Assembly: GCF_023255415.1 (NCBI RefSeq)
Contig: NZ_JALRIN010000010.1
DNA from: Cypionkella sp.
GTDB taxonomy: Bacteria; Pseudomonadota; Alphaproteobacteria; Rhodobacterales; Rhodobacteraceae
Length of the DNA: 64,000 nt
Reading direction: 5' to 3' (one strand)
Position numbers and translations under genes: made by a program. Within the stretch, counting starts at the first letter, position 1. Each line of letters begins with the position of its first letter. The notes under the pieces are model-generated. The model saw only the letters and a list, made by a program, of their open reading frames with translations. It was not told where the DNA came from and did not search any database. Positions 8,937 to 18,859 of this stretch are shown in pieces.

Positions 8937-9851
8937 ATGACCCGCGCAGATTACCAAAGCCTTATCGATTCACAGATTTATGCTTTTATTCGTGCCACCG
9001 AAGCCTGCTATCCGCCCGAGACCGCGAGCCTGGACATCGCCGGTCAGCGCCGCATTTACGACACAATGTGCGCGCAGTTCCGTAAACCCTATCCCGCAGG
9101 CATTAGCGCGCAGGACGAAACAATCGCAGGGGTGCCCTGTCGGCGCTACAGCGGCAGCTTGCCGCGCATCATTTATTTTCACGGCGGCGGCTTTGTGGTG
9201 GGCGGCTTGCACAGCCATGACGATGTTTGCGCCGAAATCGCTGCTGCCACGGGGCTAGAGGTGGTCTCGGTCGATTATCGGCTGTCGCCCGAACATGGCC
9301 ATCCTGCCGCCTTTGAAGATGCCTGTGCGGTGGCCCTGGCGCTGCAGGGGCCTTTGCTGCTGGTGGGCGACAGTGCGGGGGCCAATCTGGCGGCGGCGGC
9401 ATCGCATGCGCTGCGCGGCAAGGCGGAAATTCTGGGGCAGGTGCTGATCTATCCCGGATTGGGCGGCGACCGCAGCCGTGGCAGCTATCAAACCCATGCT
9501 TTCGCGCCGATGCTGACGCTGGCGGATGTAGAGTTTTATGCCAGCATTCGCGGGCCTGAAACCCGTGGCGACGCCAGCCTTGCGCCGCTGCAAGACAGCG
9601 ATTTTTCGGGTCTGCCACCGACCTATGCAGTGGCGGCTGAATGCGACCCACTATCGGATGATGCTTTGGCCTATAGCGCTGCGATCATGGCCGCAGGTGG
9701 TCAGGCCCATGCGGAAACCGCAACGGGTCTTGTGCACGGCTATCTGCGCGCGCGGCATATGTCTGACCGCGCGGCGGCATCTTTTGCACGGATTTGCGCA
9801 ACACTCTCGGCCTTTGCGCGCAGCGAATGGCCCTTTAAGGAAACCCAATGA
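8937..9851 (+). CDS. Alpha/beta hydrolase, hormone-sensitive-lipase-like esterase
   Basis: 304 aa. HGGG oxyanion motif (FHGGGFVVGG) and nucleophile elbow GDSAGANL. Confidence 0.8.
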   Translation: MTRADYQSLIDSQIYAFIRATEACYPPETASLDIAGQRRIYDTMCAQFRKPYPAGISAQDETIAGVPCRRYSGSLPRIIYFHGGGFVVGGLHSHDDVCAEIAAATGLEVVSVDYRLSPEHGHPAAFEDACAVALALQGPLLLVGDSAGANLAAAASHALRGKAEILGQVLIYPGLGGDRSRGSYQTHAFAPMLTLADVEFYASIRGPETRGDASLAPLQDSDFSGLPPTYAVAAECDPLSDDALAYSAAIMAAGGQAHAETATGLVHGYLRARHMSDRAAASFARICATLSAFARSEWPFKETQ

Positions 9852-10594
9852 CCCTACATGCCAATATCACCAACTGGGCTGAACGCGTCGACCTTGCCGC
9901 AGCTTTTCGCTGGACGGTCAAACTGAACCTGCACGAGGCGGTGGCCAACCACTTTAGCCTTGCCACAAATCCCGAAGGCACGCGGTTTCTGATCAACCCC
10001 AATGGCCGCCATTTTGCGCGTATCACGGCCTCAAGCCTGATCGAGATTGACGCAAATGACCCCAGCACGATGGACCGCCCCGATGCGCCCGACCCCACCG
10101 CTTGGGGCCTGCACGGCAGCATTCACCGCGCGCTGCCCCATGCACGCTGCCTGATGCATGTGCATTCGATCCATGCCACGGTGCTGGCAAGCCTTGCTGA
10201 TAGCCGTTTGCCGCCGATTGATCAGAACTCTGCGATGTTCTTTGGCCGTCAGGTGGTGGATGCCGATTACGGCGGCATGGCCTTTGCCGAAGAAGCCGCG
10301 CGCTGCGCCGATCTGCTGCGCGACCCGAAAATCACCACGCTGATCATGGGCAACCACGGCGTGCTGATCATCGGGCAAAACGTGGCGGATGCCTTTAACC
10401 GGCTGACCTATTTCGAACGCGCCGCCGAAACCTATATTCGTGCGTTGCAAACCGGCAAGCCGCTGCGGGTGCTGTCGGATGCCGTGGCAGAAAAGACCGC
10501 GCAGGAATGGGAGGCCTATCCGGCCTTTGCCGAGTTCCATCTGCGCGAGATCAAGGCGCTGCTGGATGAAGAAGGTGCCAGCTACGCAAACTAG
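9848..10594 (+). CDS. Class II aldolase/adducin family protein
   Basis: 248 aa. ATGA coupling to the esterase gene. His-rich metal site pattern (MHVHS...GNHGVLIIG) typical of the family. Confidence 0.8.
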   Translation: MTLHANITNWAERVDLAAAFRWTVKLNLHEAVANHFSLATNPEGTRFLINPNGRHFARITASSLIEIDANDPSTMDRPDAPDPTAWGLHGSIHRALPHARCLMHVHSIHATVLASLADSRLPPIDQNSAMFFGRQVVDADYGGMAFAEEAARCADLLRDPKITTLIMGNHGVLIIGQNVADAFNRLTYFERAAETYIRALQTGKPLRVLSDAVAEKTAQEWEAYPAFAEFHLREIKALLDEEGASYAN

Positions 10595-10607
10595 CGCCCG
10601 CGCAGGG

Positions 10608-11441
10608 CTAGGCTGTGAAAAACGGCTTGGCCTGCATCGAGGCCGGCACCGCCACCCCCATCCGGGTCAGGATCGAGGGCGCGAGCGCAAGCTGGTCCAG
10701 CAGCACATCGCCTACGGGCATCTGCGCATCGCCAAAATAGTAAAAGGCCACATCCTGCTGCAAGGGATCGGCACCGCCATGATGGCCGCGCGCGTCTTGG
10801 CCGTGGTCGGCAGTGACAATCACCTCGTAACCCGCGGCGCGCCAGCGGTGCACAAAGGGCGCCATCTGGGCATCCAGCATATAGCAGGCGTTGTCCATTT
10901 CTTCGCAGTCGTGATAAAAACGGTGCCCCATGCTGTCGAGCGTGCAGCTGTGATACATCGCATAATCAACGCCCTTTACCTCGCACAGGCGGGTGAGCGT
11001 GGCGAAAAGATCGACATCCGAAGGCGTCATCTGATTGATATTGCCATAGCCGGTCATGGTGTGAAACCGGCCATGATGGATCGGGCCTGCTTCCTCGTCA
11101 TATTCGATGTCGCGCACCAGATCGAAAGGGCTGCGGTTGAACAGCTCGGACCAAAAGCTGTGGGCGACAGCGCCGGTGCGTTTGCCCGCGGCGGAAAGTT
11201 CGGAAAACACATCGGGCTGGGCCAGCCGGTAGACCGCCTCATTGCCCCAGACCCGGTGCTGTTGCGGCGGCACGCCGGTGTGGATCGAGGCATAGCAGGA
11301 AGCCGAGGTCGAGGGCAGCGTCGACCGCATCCGCCAGACCCGCGCCTCGCCGCTGGCAACCCAGCCTTCAAGGTTGCCAAACAGCCTGCGCCAATTGCGG
11401 TAGGGCACGCCGTCGATGAGGATCAGCAGCAGTTTTTTCAT
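10608..11441 (-). CDS. Alkaline-phosphatase-superfamily phosphodiesterase / nucleotide pyrophosphatase-like protein
   Basis: Start moved to MKKLLLILIDG (11441). The longer track ORF would read through repeat copy B. ILIDG...TLPSTS...HTG and ADHG motifs fit type I phosphodiesterase/AP family. Confidence 0.7.
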   Translation of the reverse strand: MKKLLLILIDGVPYRNWRRLFGNLEGWVASGEARVWRMRSTLPSTSASCYASIHTGVPPQQHRVWGNEAVYRLAQPDVFSELSAAGKRTGAVAHSFWSELFNRSPFDLVRDIEYDEEAGPIHHGRFHTMTGYGNINQMTPSDVDLFATLTRLCEVKGVDYAMYHSCTLDSMGHRFYHDCEEMDNACYMLDAQMAPFVHRWRAAGYEVIVTADHGQDARGHHGGADPLQQDVAFYYFGDAQMPVGDVLLDQLALAPSILTRMGVAVPASMQAKPFFTA

Positions 11442-11460
11442 AGAGGCCTTTCGGCGCGCG

Positions 11461-11505
11461 GCAGGGCAAGGAGCCTCCGGCGGGGATATTTTCACCAAGA
11501 TGAAA
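11461..11505 (-). repeat. Intergenic repeat copy B
   Basis: Reverse complement reads CTTTCATCTTGGTGAAAATATCCCCGCCGGAGGCTCCTTGCCCTGC. It starts 8 nt after the stop of the ABC ATPase gene. Confidence 0.85.
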
Positions 11506-11513
11506 GCGCGGGC

Positions 11514-13148
11514 CTAGTTGCCTGCGCTTTCCATTTTGCGACCCGCCAGCACCTTTTCCAGCCAGCCGATCTGCATTTCGGGGACCGAGGACAGCAAAAG
11601 ATCGGTGTAATCGTCAAAGGGCGGGGTCAGCACATCGGTTTTGCTGCCATAGCGCACCACCTGGCCGCGATACATCACCGCGATCTTATCTGCGATGGCT
11701 TTGACCGTGGCCAGATCATGGGTGATGAAGAGATAGGCCACGGATTCGCGGGCTTGCAGATTGAGCAGCAGCTTCAGGATGCCATCGGCCACCAGCGGAT
11801 CGAGCGCCGAGGTGACCTCGTCGCAGATGATCAGCTTGGGCTTTGCCGCCAGAGCGCGGGCGATGCAGACGCGTTGCTTTTGCCCGCCCGAGAGTTCGGC
11901 GGGAAAACGGTCGATAAAGCCCGCGCCCATTTCGATATCATCGAGCAATTCCTGAATGCGCTGGCGTTTGGCCTCGCCTTTGAGGCCGAAGTAGAATTCC
12001 AGCGGGCGGCCGATGATGGTGCCGACGGTTTGGCGCGGGTTCATGGCGGTATCTGCCATTTGATAGATCATCTGCACCTCGCGCAGATCGTCTTTGCTGC
12101 GGCTGGCCAGATCGGGCGAAAGTTTGCGGCCTGCAAAGGTAAGATCGCCCTTGGCTGCGGGCAAAAGCCCGGTGATCACCCGTGCCAGCGTCGATTTGCC
12201 CGAGCCGCTTTCGCCCACGATGGCAAGGGTTTGGCCTGCGGGAAGATCGACCGAGACGTTTTTCAGCACATCGAAATTGGTGCCACGATAGCGCGCGGTG
12301 ATGCCCGAGACGGAAAGCACGGCGGGGGCTTCGGTCTTTTCAACATGGTCGATCGAGCGCACAGAAACCAACGCGCGGGTATAGTCTTCTTGCGGGTGGT
12401 TGATGATCTGATCGGTCGGGCCATATTCGACCTTTTTGCCACCGCGCAGCACCAAGATGTCATCAGCGACCTGTGCCACTACGGCCAGATCGTGGGTGAT
12501 ATAAAGCGCCGCCACACCGGTGTCGCGAATGGCGGCTTTGATCGCCACCAGCACGTCGATCTGGGTGGTGACATCCAGCGCGGTGGTGGGTTCGTCAAAG
12601 ATCACCAGATCGGGTTTGGGGCACAGCGCCATCGCTGTCATCGCGCGCTGCAACTGCCCGCCCGAGACTTGGTGCGGGTAGCGATTGCCGAAATTGGCGG
12701 GATCGGGCAGGCCAAGCTTGGCAAACAGATCGACCGCGCGGGCCTCGGCCTCGGCGCGGCCCATCACGCCGTGCAAAAGGCTGGCCTCGATCACCTGTTC
12801 CATCAGGCGCTTGGCGGGGTTGAAGGCGGCGGCGGCCGATTGCGCGACATAGGTGACCTCGCGGCCGCGCAGGATGCGCAGATCGCCCGCGCTCGCCTCG
12901 CGGATTTCGCGGCCATTGAGCAGGATATGCCCGCCCGTCAGCCGCACGCCACCGCGGCCGTAGGCCATGGCAGACAGGCCGATGGTGGATTTGCCCGCAC
13001 CCGATTCGCCGATCAGCCCCAGCACGCGGCCCTGTTGCACCGCGACCGAGACATTGTTGACCAAGACCACATTGCGCGGCGCTTCGCCCGGCGGATAAGA
13101 GGTGGCCTCGATCCGCAAGCCTTTGATATCCAGAACATTATGCACCAC
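11514..13148 (-). CDS. ABC transporter ATP-binding protein, fused double ATPase (peptide/opine/nickel type)
   Basis: 544 aa with two Walker A ([18 protein letters not shown]) and two LSGGQ signature motifs. Confidence 0.9.
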   Translation of the reverse strand: MVHNVLDIKGLRIEATSYPPGEAPRNVVLVNNVSVAVQQGRVLGLIGESGAGKSTIGLSAMAYGRGGVRLTGGHILLNGREIREASAGDLRILRGREVTYVAQSAAAAFNPAKRLMEQVIEASLLHGVMGRAEAEARAVDLFAKLGLPDPANFGNRYPHQVSGGQLQRAMTAMALCPKPDLVIFDEPTTALDVTTQIDVLVAIKAAIRDTGVAALYITHDLAVVAQVADDILVLRGGKKVEYGPTDQIINHPQEDYTRALVSVRSIDHVEKTEAPAVLSVSGITARYRGTNFDVLKNVSVDLPAGQTLAIVGESGSGKSTLARVITGLLPAAKGDLTFAGRKLSPDLASRSKDDLREVQMIYQMADTAMNPRQTVGTIIGRPLEFYFGLKGEAKRQRIQELLDDIEMGAGFIDRFPAELSGGQKQRVCIARALAAKPKLIICDEVTSALDPLVADGILKLLLNLQARESVAYLFITHDLATVKAIADKIAVMYRGQVVRYGSKTDVLTPPFDDYTDLLLSSVPEMQIGWLEKVLAGRKMESAGN

Positions 13149-13956
13149 GGCCTCCTTTCAGGCTGGAGGTGCGCGACAGCACCCAATCCGCCACAAGATT
13201 GACCGAGATTGCCAGCGCCGCAATCGCCATTGCAGGCGCAAGAGCCGCCGGAATGCCGTAGACCAGCCCCGCCGAGTTTTCTTTCACCAGCCCGCCCCAA
13301 TCTGCCAAGGGCGGTTGCACCCCCAGCCCAAGGAAGGACAGCGTCGAGATGAACAGCACCGCAAAGATAAAGCGCAGCCCCAGTTCGGCCACCAATGGCG
13401 ACAATGCGTTGGGCAGGATTTCGTGAAAGATCACCCAAGAGGTGCCCTCGCCGCGCAGGCGGGCTGCCTCGACGTAATCCATCACCGTGATATCGACGGC
13501 CACCGCGCGGCTAAGCCGGAACACGCGGGTGGAATCCAACAGCCCCATCACCACAATCAGCGTGAAAACCGACACATCAACCGCCGTCAGCACCACCAAC
13601 GCCAAGATCAGCGAGGGGATCGCCATCACCAGATCGACAAAGCGCGACAGCGCCAGATCGACCCAGCCCCCTGCCGTGGCCGCCAGAAACCCCAGCACCG
13701 ACCCGGTGACAAAGGACAGGATTGTGGCACAGGTCGCGATAAAGATCGTCACCTGCGCGCCGTAGATCATCCGCGTCAGCAGATCGCGGCCAATCGAATC
13801 TGTGCCCAGCAGATGCTTGGCCGACATCGGATCCCAGACCCCGCCCACCAGTTCGTCCATCTTATAAGGCGCAATCCATTGCGCAAAAATAGCTACCAGA
13901 AAAAAGCCGCCGGTCAGCACCAGCCCCAGCAGGGCAGAAACGGGAATACGGCTCAT
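13138..13956 (-). CDS. ABC transporter permease (DppC-like)
   Basis: 272 aa, multi-TM, overlaps neighbouring genes. BPD-type permease pattern. Confidence 0.9.
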   Translation of the reverse strand: MSRIPVSALLGLVLTGGFFLVAIFAQWIAPYKMDELVGGVWDPMSAKHLLGTDSIGRDLLTRMIYGAQVTIFIATCATILSFVTGSVLGFLAATAGGWVDLALSRFVDLVMAIPSLILALVVLTAVDVSVFTLIVVMGLLDSTRVFRLSRAVAVDITVMDYVEAARLRGEGTSWVIFHEILPNALSPLVAELGLRFIFAVLFISTLSFLGLGVQPPLADWGGLVKENSAGLVYGIPAALAPAMAIAALAISVNLVADWVLSRTSSLKGGRGA

Positions 13957-14909
13957 TTTGGATGCCTCAATCTTGGGTTGGCAAGAATAGCGACCACATC
14001 GGCCAAGATATTCAGCCCGATGTAGACGGCGGCAAAGATCATGCCGCAGGCCTGCACCACCGGCATATCGCGTTTGGTGACATGGTCGACCAGGAATTGT
14101 CCCATGCCGGGATAGACAAAGACCACCTCGACCACCACAACACCAACCACCAGATAGGCCAGGTTCAGCATCACCACATTGACCACAGGGGCAATGGCAT
14201 TGGGGAAAGCGTGTTTCCAGATCACATTGATCGGCGAAAGGCCCTTCAGCTCGGCGGTCTCGATATAGGCGGATTCCATCACGTTCAAAATCGCCGCACG
14301 GGTCATCCGCATCATATGCGCCAGCACCACCATCACCAGAACGATCACAGGCAGAATGATGGCGTTCAGACGTTCAAAGATGCCCATGCCCGGAAACACC
14401 ATCGACATCGAGGGAAACAGATGAAATTTCACCGCAAGCACATACATCACGATATAGCCCGCCACGAATTCAGGCAGCGAAATCGTCGCAAGGGTGACGC
14501 CGGAAATCAGCTTGTCGGGCCAGCGCCCATTATAACGCGCCGCAATCAAGCCAAGCGTAATTGCCAGTGGCACCGCGATCACCGCGGCCCAAAAGGCCAG
14601 AAAAATCGTATTGCCCAGACGTTGCCCCACCGATTTGGCGATGTCTTGGCCGTTGCTAAGCGAAACGCCCAGATCTCCGGTGGCAAAGCCCAAAAGCCAA
14701 TGCCCATAGCGCCACAAGATCGGCTCGTTCAGCCCCAACTTTTCGCGCAGGTTGGCCAAAGACTCTGGCGTGGCAGATTGCCCCAACATCGCCTGTGCGG
14801 CATCCCCCGGCAAAGCAGCAACGCCGAAAAAGATCAACGCCGAGACTGCAATCAGCAGGATCAGACCCAGCGCAAGGCGCTGGGTCACAAGTTTCACAAC
14901 CGGATGCAT
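13953..14909 (-). CDS. ABC transporter permease (DppB-like)
   Basis: 318 aa, multi-TM, translationally coupled. Confidence 0.9.
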   Translation of the reverse strand: MHPVVKLVTQRLALGLILLIAVSALIFFGVAALPGDAAQAMLGQSATPESLANLREKLGLNEPILWRYGHWLLGFATGDLGVSLSNGQDIAKSVGQRLGNTIFLAFWAAVIAVPLAITLGLIAARYNGRWPDKLISGVTLATISLPEFVAGYIVMYVLAVKFHLFPSMSMVFPGMGIFERLNAIILPVIVLVMVVLAHMMRMTRAAILNVMESAYIETAELKGLSPINVIWKHAFPNAIAPVVNVVMLNLAYLVVGVVVVEVVFVYPGMGQFLVDHVTKRDMPVVQACGMIFAAVYIGLNILADVVAILANPRLRHPK

Positions 14910-14916
14910 ACTAATC

Positions 14917-16506
14917 TTACGCGTTCAGCCAGCACTTCGCCAAAGCGCGGCCATTCATCATCTCGCCGTTTGGATCAGCGAACCAGCCACCAACCTCATC
15001 GCGCTTGGCTGCAACAAAGTCGTTGAACATTGGCAGGATCAGACCGCCCGTATCGCGCAGCGTGTTTGCAAGTTCGGAATACATTGCCTTGCGCTTACCT
15101 GAATCCAATTCAGCGCGGGCCGCGACCAGCGTGGCGTCGAAGGCTGGATCCTTGAACTTGGTGTCGTTCCAATCGGCGGTCGACAGATAGGCCGTGGAAT
15201 ACATCTGATCTTGCACCGGACGCCCGCCCCAATAGGACGCACAGAACGGAGCCACGTTCCAGACGTTGGACCAATAGCCATCATCAGGCTCGCGCTTGAT
15301 TTCCAGCGGGATGCCAGCCGCATTGGCCGACTGCTGGAACAATTGCGCCGCCTCAATCGCCCCTGGGAAGGCCCCATTGGCCACCTGCAACACGATGGGC
15401 GAACCATCGTGGCCGGTTTTGTCATAGTATTCCTTGGCCTTGACCGGATCGTATTCACGCTGCGGAATGCTGTCGTCAAACAGCGGATAGGCCGCGTTGA
15501 TCGGGAAGTCGTTGCCAACAGAGCCCAGACCGCCAAGGATCTTATCCACCATCTCTTGACGGTTGATGGCAAGCTTCAACGCCATCCGCATGTCGTTGTT
15601 GTCAAACGGCGCCTTGTCGCAATGCATGATAAAGACATAGTGGCCACGCCCTGCAACGCTTTCCACCGACATCCCCGGCGCGCCTTTCAGCAGGCCAATG
15701 ATTTTTGGGTCGATCTTGTTGATCATATGCACCTGGCCAGCCTGCAAGGCCGCCATCCGCGCGGTATTGTCGTTGATCACCAAGATTTCGACCTGATCGG
15801 CGTGACCCAAAGTGGTGTCCCAGTGGTCGGCGAATTTCTCAAAGGTGTGACGCACGCCCGGCTCGTTGGCGACAACCCTGTAAGGCCCTGCCCCAATGCC
15901 CGCATCTGGCGCATCAATGCCGCCATTTGGCTGAATGATCAGGTGATAATCGGCCATCAGGAATGGAAGGTCGGCGTTGCCCGCCGCCAGTTTCAGCGTG
16001 ACGCTGTCAGCATCCGAAGACATCTCGGCGATGCCCTTCACAATGCCCAAAGCACCCGACTGCGATTTCTCATCGGTATGGCGCTTCAGCGTGGCGACAA
16101 CATCCTCGGGGGTTACGGTCGCGCCATTGTGGAACTTGACGCCCTGACGGATCTTGAACTTCCACTCGGTCGCATCAGCGTTCGAGGAAATCTCTTCAGC
16201 AATCCGCGGCACGATCTCGCCGTTTTCGCTGACATCGACCAAAGTGTCACCCCAAAGCAGGTTGACCATGAACGGCACTTCCGAAGCCGCCAGCGCTGGG
16301 TCAAGCGAGTTGGTGCTTTCACCGCCCGACATGCCTGCGCGCAGGATGCCGCCCTTCTTGGGCTCCTCGGCCTTGGCAGCGGTGGTCAACAAAGCGCCCG
16401 CCATTGCCGCCGACATACCCAAAGCGCCGGCACGGCCCACAAACTCGCGACGGCTGATCAGCCCTTTCGCAGCGGTCTTCAACAGATGGTTCAATTCAAC
16501 AGACAT
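14917..16506 (-). CDS. ABC transporter substrate-binding protein, family 5 (peptide/nickel type), Tat signal
   Basis: 529 aa. N-terminal SRREFV twin-arginine-like signal. Family-5 SBP length and sequence pattern. Confidence 0.9.
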   Translation of the reverse strand: MSVELNHLLKTAAKGLISRREFVGRAGALGMSAAMAGALLTTAAKAEEPKKGGILRAGMSGGESTNSLDPALAASEVPFMVNLLWGDTLVDVSENGEIVPRIAEEISSNADATEWKFKIRQGVKFHNGATVTPEDVVATLKRHTDEKSQSGALGIVKGIAEMSSDADSVTLKLAAGNADLPFLMADYHLIIQPNGGIDAPDAGIGAGPYRVVANEPGVRHTFEKFADHWDTTLGHADQVEILVINDNTARMAALQAGQVHMINKIDPKIIGLLKGAPGMSVESVAGRGHYVFIMHCDKAPFDNNDMRMALKLAINRQEMVDKILGGLGSVGNDFPINAAYPLFDDSIPQREYDPVKAKEYYDKTGHDGSPIVLQVANGAFPGAIEAAQLFQQSANAAGIPLEIKREPDDGYWSNVWNVAPFCASYWGGRPVQDQMYSTAYLSTADWNDTKFKDPAFDATLVAARAELDSGKRKAMYSELANTLRDTGGLILPMFNDFVAAKRDEVGGWFADPNGEMMNGRALAKCWLNA

Positions 16507-16569
16507 CGTTTTCTCCCTGAGGTGGCGTTTTCGCCTGGTTGTCGTGACAGCAACTTTGCGTTGCCTTTG

Positions 16570-16591
16570 TTATTGATTCTCCAATCAATAA
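16570..16591. promoter_or_regulatory. Candidate operator: perfect inverted repeat TTATTGATT-ctcc-AATCAATAA upstream of the ABC operon
   Basis: 9-bp perfect arms with a 4-nt spacer, 64-85 nt upstream of the SBP start codon, in an AT-richer stretch. Confidence 0.35.
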
Positions 16592-16639
16592 CCCACGCTT
16601 TTTAAATGTGGCAAGGATTCTTGCACCCTTTGTCCGATC

Positions 16640-18670
16640 TCACACAAAGCGGCGTGCGACCTCTTCGTCAAAATGGCGCTCAAAAATCAGCGCCTCGCCC
16701 TCATAGGCCTGCAGCCGCGCCACCATGCGAAATGCCGTAGCGGTGGCAGTCATCTCTGCCCATGCCACTGTTTTTACAGACCAATCTCCGCGTGACAGCC
16801 TTTGCTCCCAACAGTGCTCGGCACGCGCGGACAAAGGATCATCGGGATGGATCTGCCATAATTCCCGCATGGTCTCACCACTACATAACCCATGTTGCAA
16901 ATTTTCGACATCCCCAAGATCGTCATTTACGATCAAAGACACGGTTTTTTCGATCAGATCCTGCTCGATCCTGCGCGAAGTCTTGCCCGCGCGCAGCACC
17001 CGATGCGCCCAAGGCGCCGCCCCCTCCGCAGGCGGCGGCGTCCATTCCGGCCCCGATCCCGCGTGCAGCGGCAGCTCCAGTTGCCCCGATGTGATCCGCA
17101 ACCGCCCCGCCTCGGGTGAAGGCCAAACAAACGGCCAATAGCTGTTTGAAATCGCCAAACGCAGCCGATGCCCAGCGGCCAATCGATAGGCCATCTGGTC
17201 CAGCGCAAAGCCCACCTCTACCACCTGATCCAGCGGCATCGGCGCAGGGTTCTCCATGCTGGTGCGATGGCACAGGTTCAACATGCCATGCGCAATCCGC
17301 ACCGAACTGCCATCAGGCGCTACATCACAGAGCCGCGCCACCACAAAGCCCAAAGGCTTGTCACTCGCCAGCCGCAGCCGCAGCTTTGCCGCCCCCAGCA
17401 GATCCATCGGCTGCGCCAATACTGCACCGTCAAAGCAAACCGACAGCGCATCCTCGCCCGCCTGATCCCCCGGCATCTCGGCATTCAGACCCATCGGAAA
17501 GAACTCTCCCGCCTGCAACCCCAGATGCTGCGGCGTCGCCACCTCCACCGCAAAGCCCGCTTCATCTGTCCCTAAATATCCCATGGGGGTCCGGGGGTGT
17601 GAAACCCCCGGCACCTGCGCAGCCATCCCCAGATGCAAAACCGCGCGCGCCACCCGCGCCGAGGGCCAATCCGCCTCGACCACCCAATGCCCCGCCCGCG
17701 TGCGCGCCGAGGCATCAGGCGGCTGCGAATGCAGCATATAGGCGCGATAGGCCCCATCGCCCTCGGCGCCATTCTCAACCCCCTTCAACCAGCGATCCCA
17801 CCAGCGCAGCGCGCATTGTAAAAACCCGATCGCAGGCCCCGGCACGGCGGTATGCGGGTATTGATGCACCCAAGGCCCCACAATCCCCTGCACGGGGGCA
17901 GGCACATTCTCGACCAAATGCGCCACGGTGTTCATATAATTGTCCGCCCACCCGCCCCAAGACAGCACCGGCACCGTCATGCGCGCATAATCCTCGCTGA
18001 CCGAGCCGTGCTTCCAATAGGCGTTCTTTTCCTGCATCGCCGCCCAGCGCGGCGCAAGCCAAGGCTCTGCCTGCAGCCGCGCCAGCCAATCCTCGCGCCA
18101 ATCAGGTCGCAAAGCGGGGTCAGCCGGACGGCTGGAATAAGACAGCATCACCGCCCCCCAACCAAAATTCTCGCCCAACAAACAGCCGCCCTTAAAATGG
18201 ATATCATCGGCAAAACGATCCGTGGTCGAACAGACTGAAATCACTGCCTTCAACGCAGGCGGCTGCAAAAACGCCGTCTGCAAACAATTGAACCCGCCCC
18301 AGCTTTTGCCCATCATCCCGACCGCACCCGAACACCAGTCCTGCGCCGCCAGCCAGGCAATCACCTCACAGGCATCCGCCAGTTCCTGCGGCGTATATTC
18401 ATCCTGCATCAGCCCTTCGCTGTCGCCGCAGCCACGCATATCGACCCGCACACAGGCATAGCCATGCCCCGCGACATAGGCGTGCATGATCTCGTCACGC
18501 GGCAAGGTGCCATCGCGCTTGCGGTAGGGAATATATTCCAATACCGCCGGAACCTTGCCCGCGCCCTCGGCCCGCCAGACCCGCGCCGACAGACGGCAGC
18601 CATCCGACAACACAATCGCCAGATCCGGCTCTTCGATGATCTTGAACGGAAACTCGCTGCGAACCTGCAT
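16640..18670 (-). CDS. CocE/NonD family hydrolase (X-Pro dipeptidyl-peptidase S15-like)
   Basis: 676 aa. N-terminal alpha/beta hydrolase with GKSWGG nucleophile elbow and a long C-terminal beta domain typical of CocE/NonD. Confidence 0.8.
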   Translation of the reverse strand: MQVRSEFPFKIIEEPDLAIVLSDGCRLSARVWRAEGAGKVPAVLEYIPYRKRDGTLPRDEIMHAYVAGHGYACVRVDMRGCGDSEGLMQDEYTPQELADACEVIAWLAAQDWCSGAVGMMGKSWGGFNCLQTAFLQPPALKAVISVCSTTDRFADDIHFKGGCLLGENFGWGAVMLSYSSRPADPALRPDWREDWLARLQAEPWLAPRWAAMQEKNAYWKHGSVSEDYARMTVPVLSWGGWADNYMNTVAHLVENVPAPVQGIVGPWVHQYPHTAVPGPAIGFLQCALRWWDRWLKGVENGAEGDGAYRAYMLHSQPPDASARTRAGHWVVEADWPSARVARAVLHLGMAAQVPGVSHPRTPMGYLGTDEAGFAVEVATPQHLGLQAGEFFPMGLNAEMPGDQAGEDALSVCFDGAVLAQPMDLLGAAKLRLRLASDKPLGFVVARLCDVAPDGSSVRIAHGMLNLCHRTSMENPAPMPLDQVVEVGFALDQMAYRLAAGHRLRLAISNSYWPFVWPSPEAGRLRITSGQLELPLHAGSGPEWTPPPAEGAAPWAHRVLRAGKTSRRIEQDLIEKTVSLIVNDDLGDVENLQHGLCSGETMRELWQIHPDDPLSARAEHCWEQRLSRGDWSVKTVAWAEMTATATAFRMVARLQAYEGEALIFERHFDEEVARRFV

Positions 18671-18859
18671 GACGCCCTCCTATAGCTTTGCCGCCATCAG
18701 ACCCCGCGTCTGCGCTTGCGTCGACCCCAAACCGCCCGCCCAAGCGCAAAAACCGACAATCTGCCGCGCTTGCCCTAGTTTCCGCTTGCAGCTTGGCGTT
18801 GCAATCGGCACCCCTAGGGGCAAAGTCTTTTGCAGCGCAGCACGTCCCAAGGAGCCCGC

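Noticed and set aside
10440-13202. 920-aa ORF on the plus strand, the longest in the track
   Set aside because: It lies antisense to well-supported minus-strand genes (phosphodiesterase, double ABC ATPase). Its translation is Arg/Gly/His/Ala-rich low-complexity with no motifs. This is the typical shadow ORF of GC-rich DNA.
13962-16605. Plus-strand ORFs 13962..15026 and 15211..16605
   Set aside because: They lie antisense to the ABC permease and substrate-binding genes. Compositions are His/Arg/Gln-rich and they carry no motifs. These are shadow ORFs.
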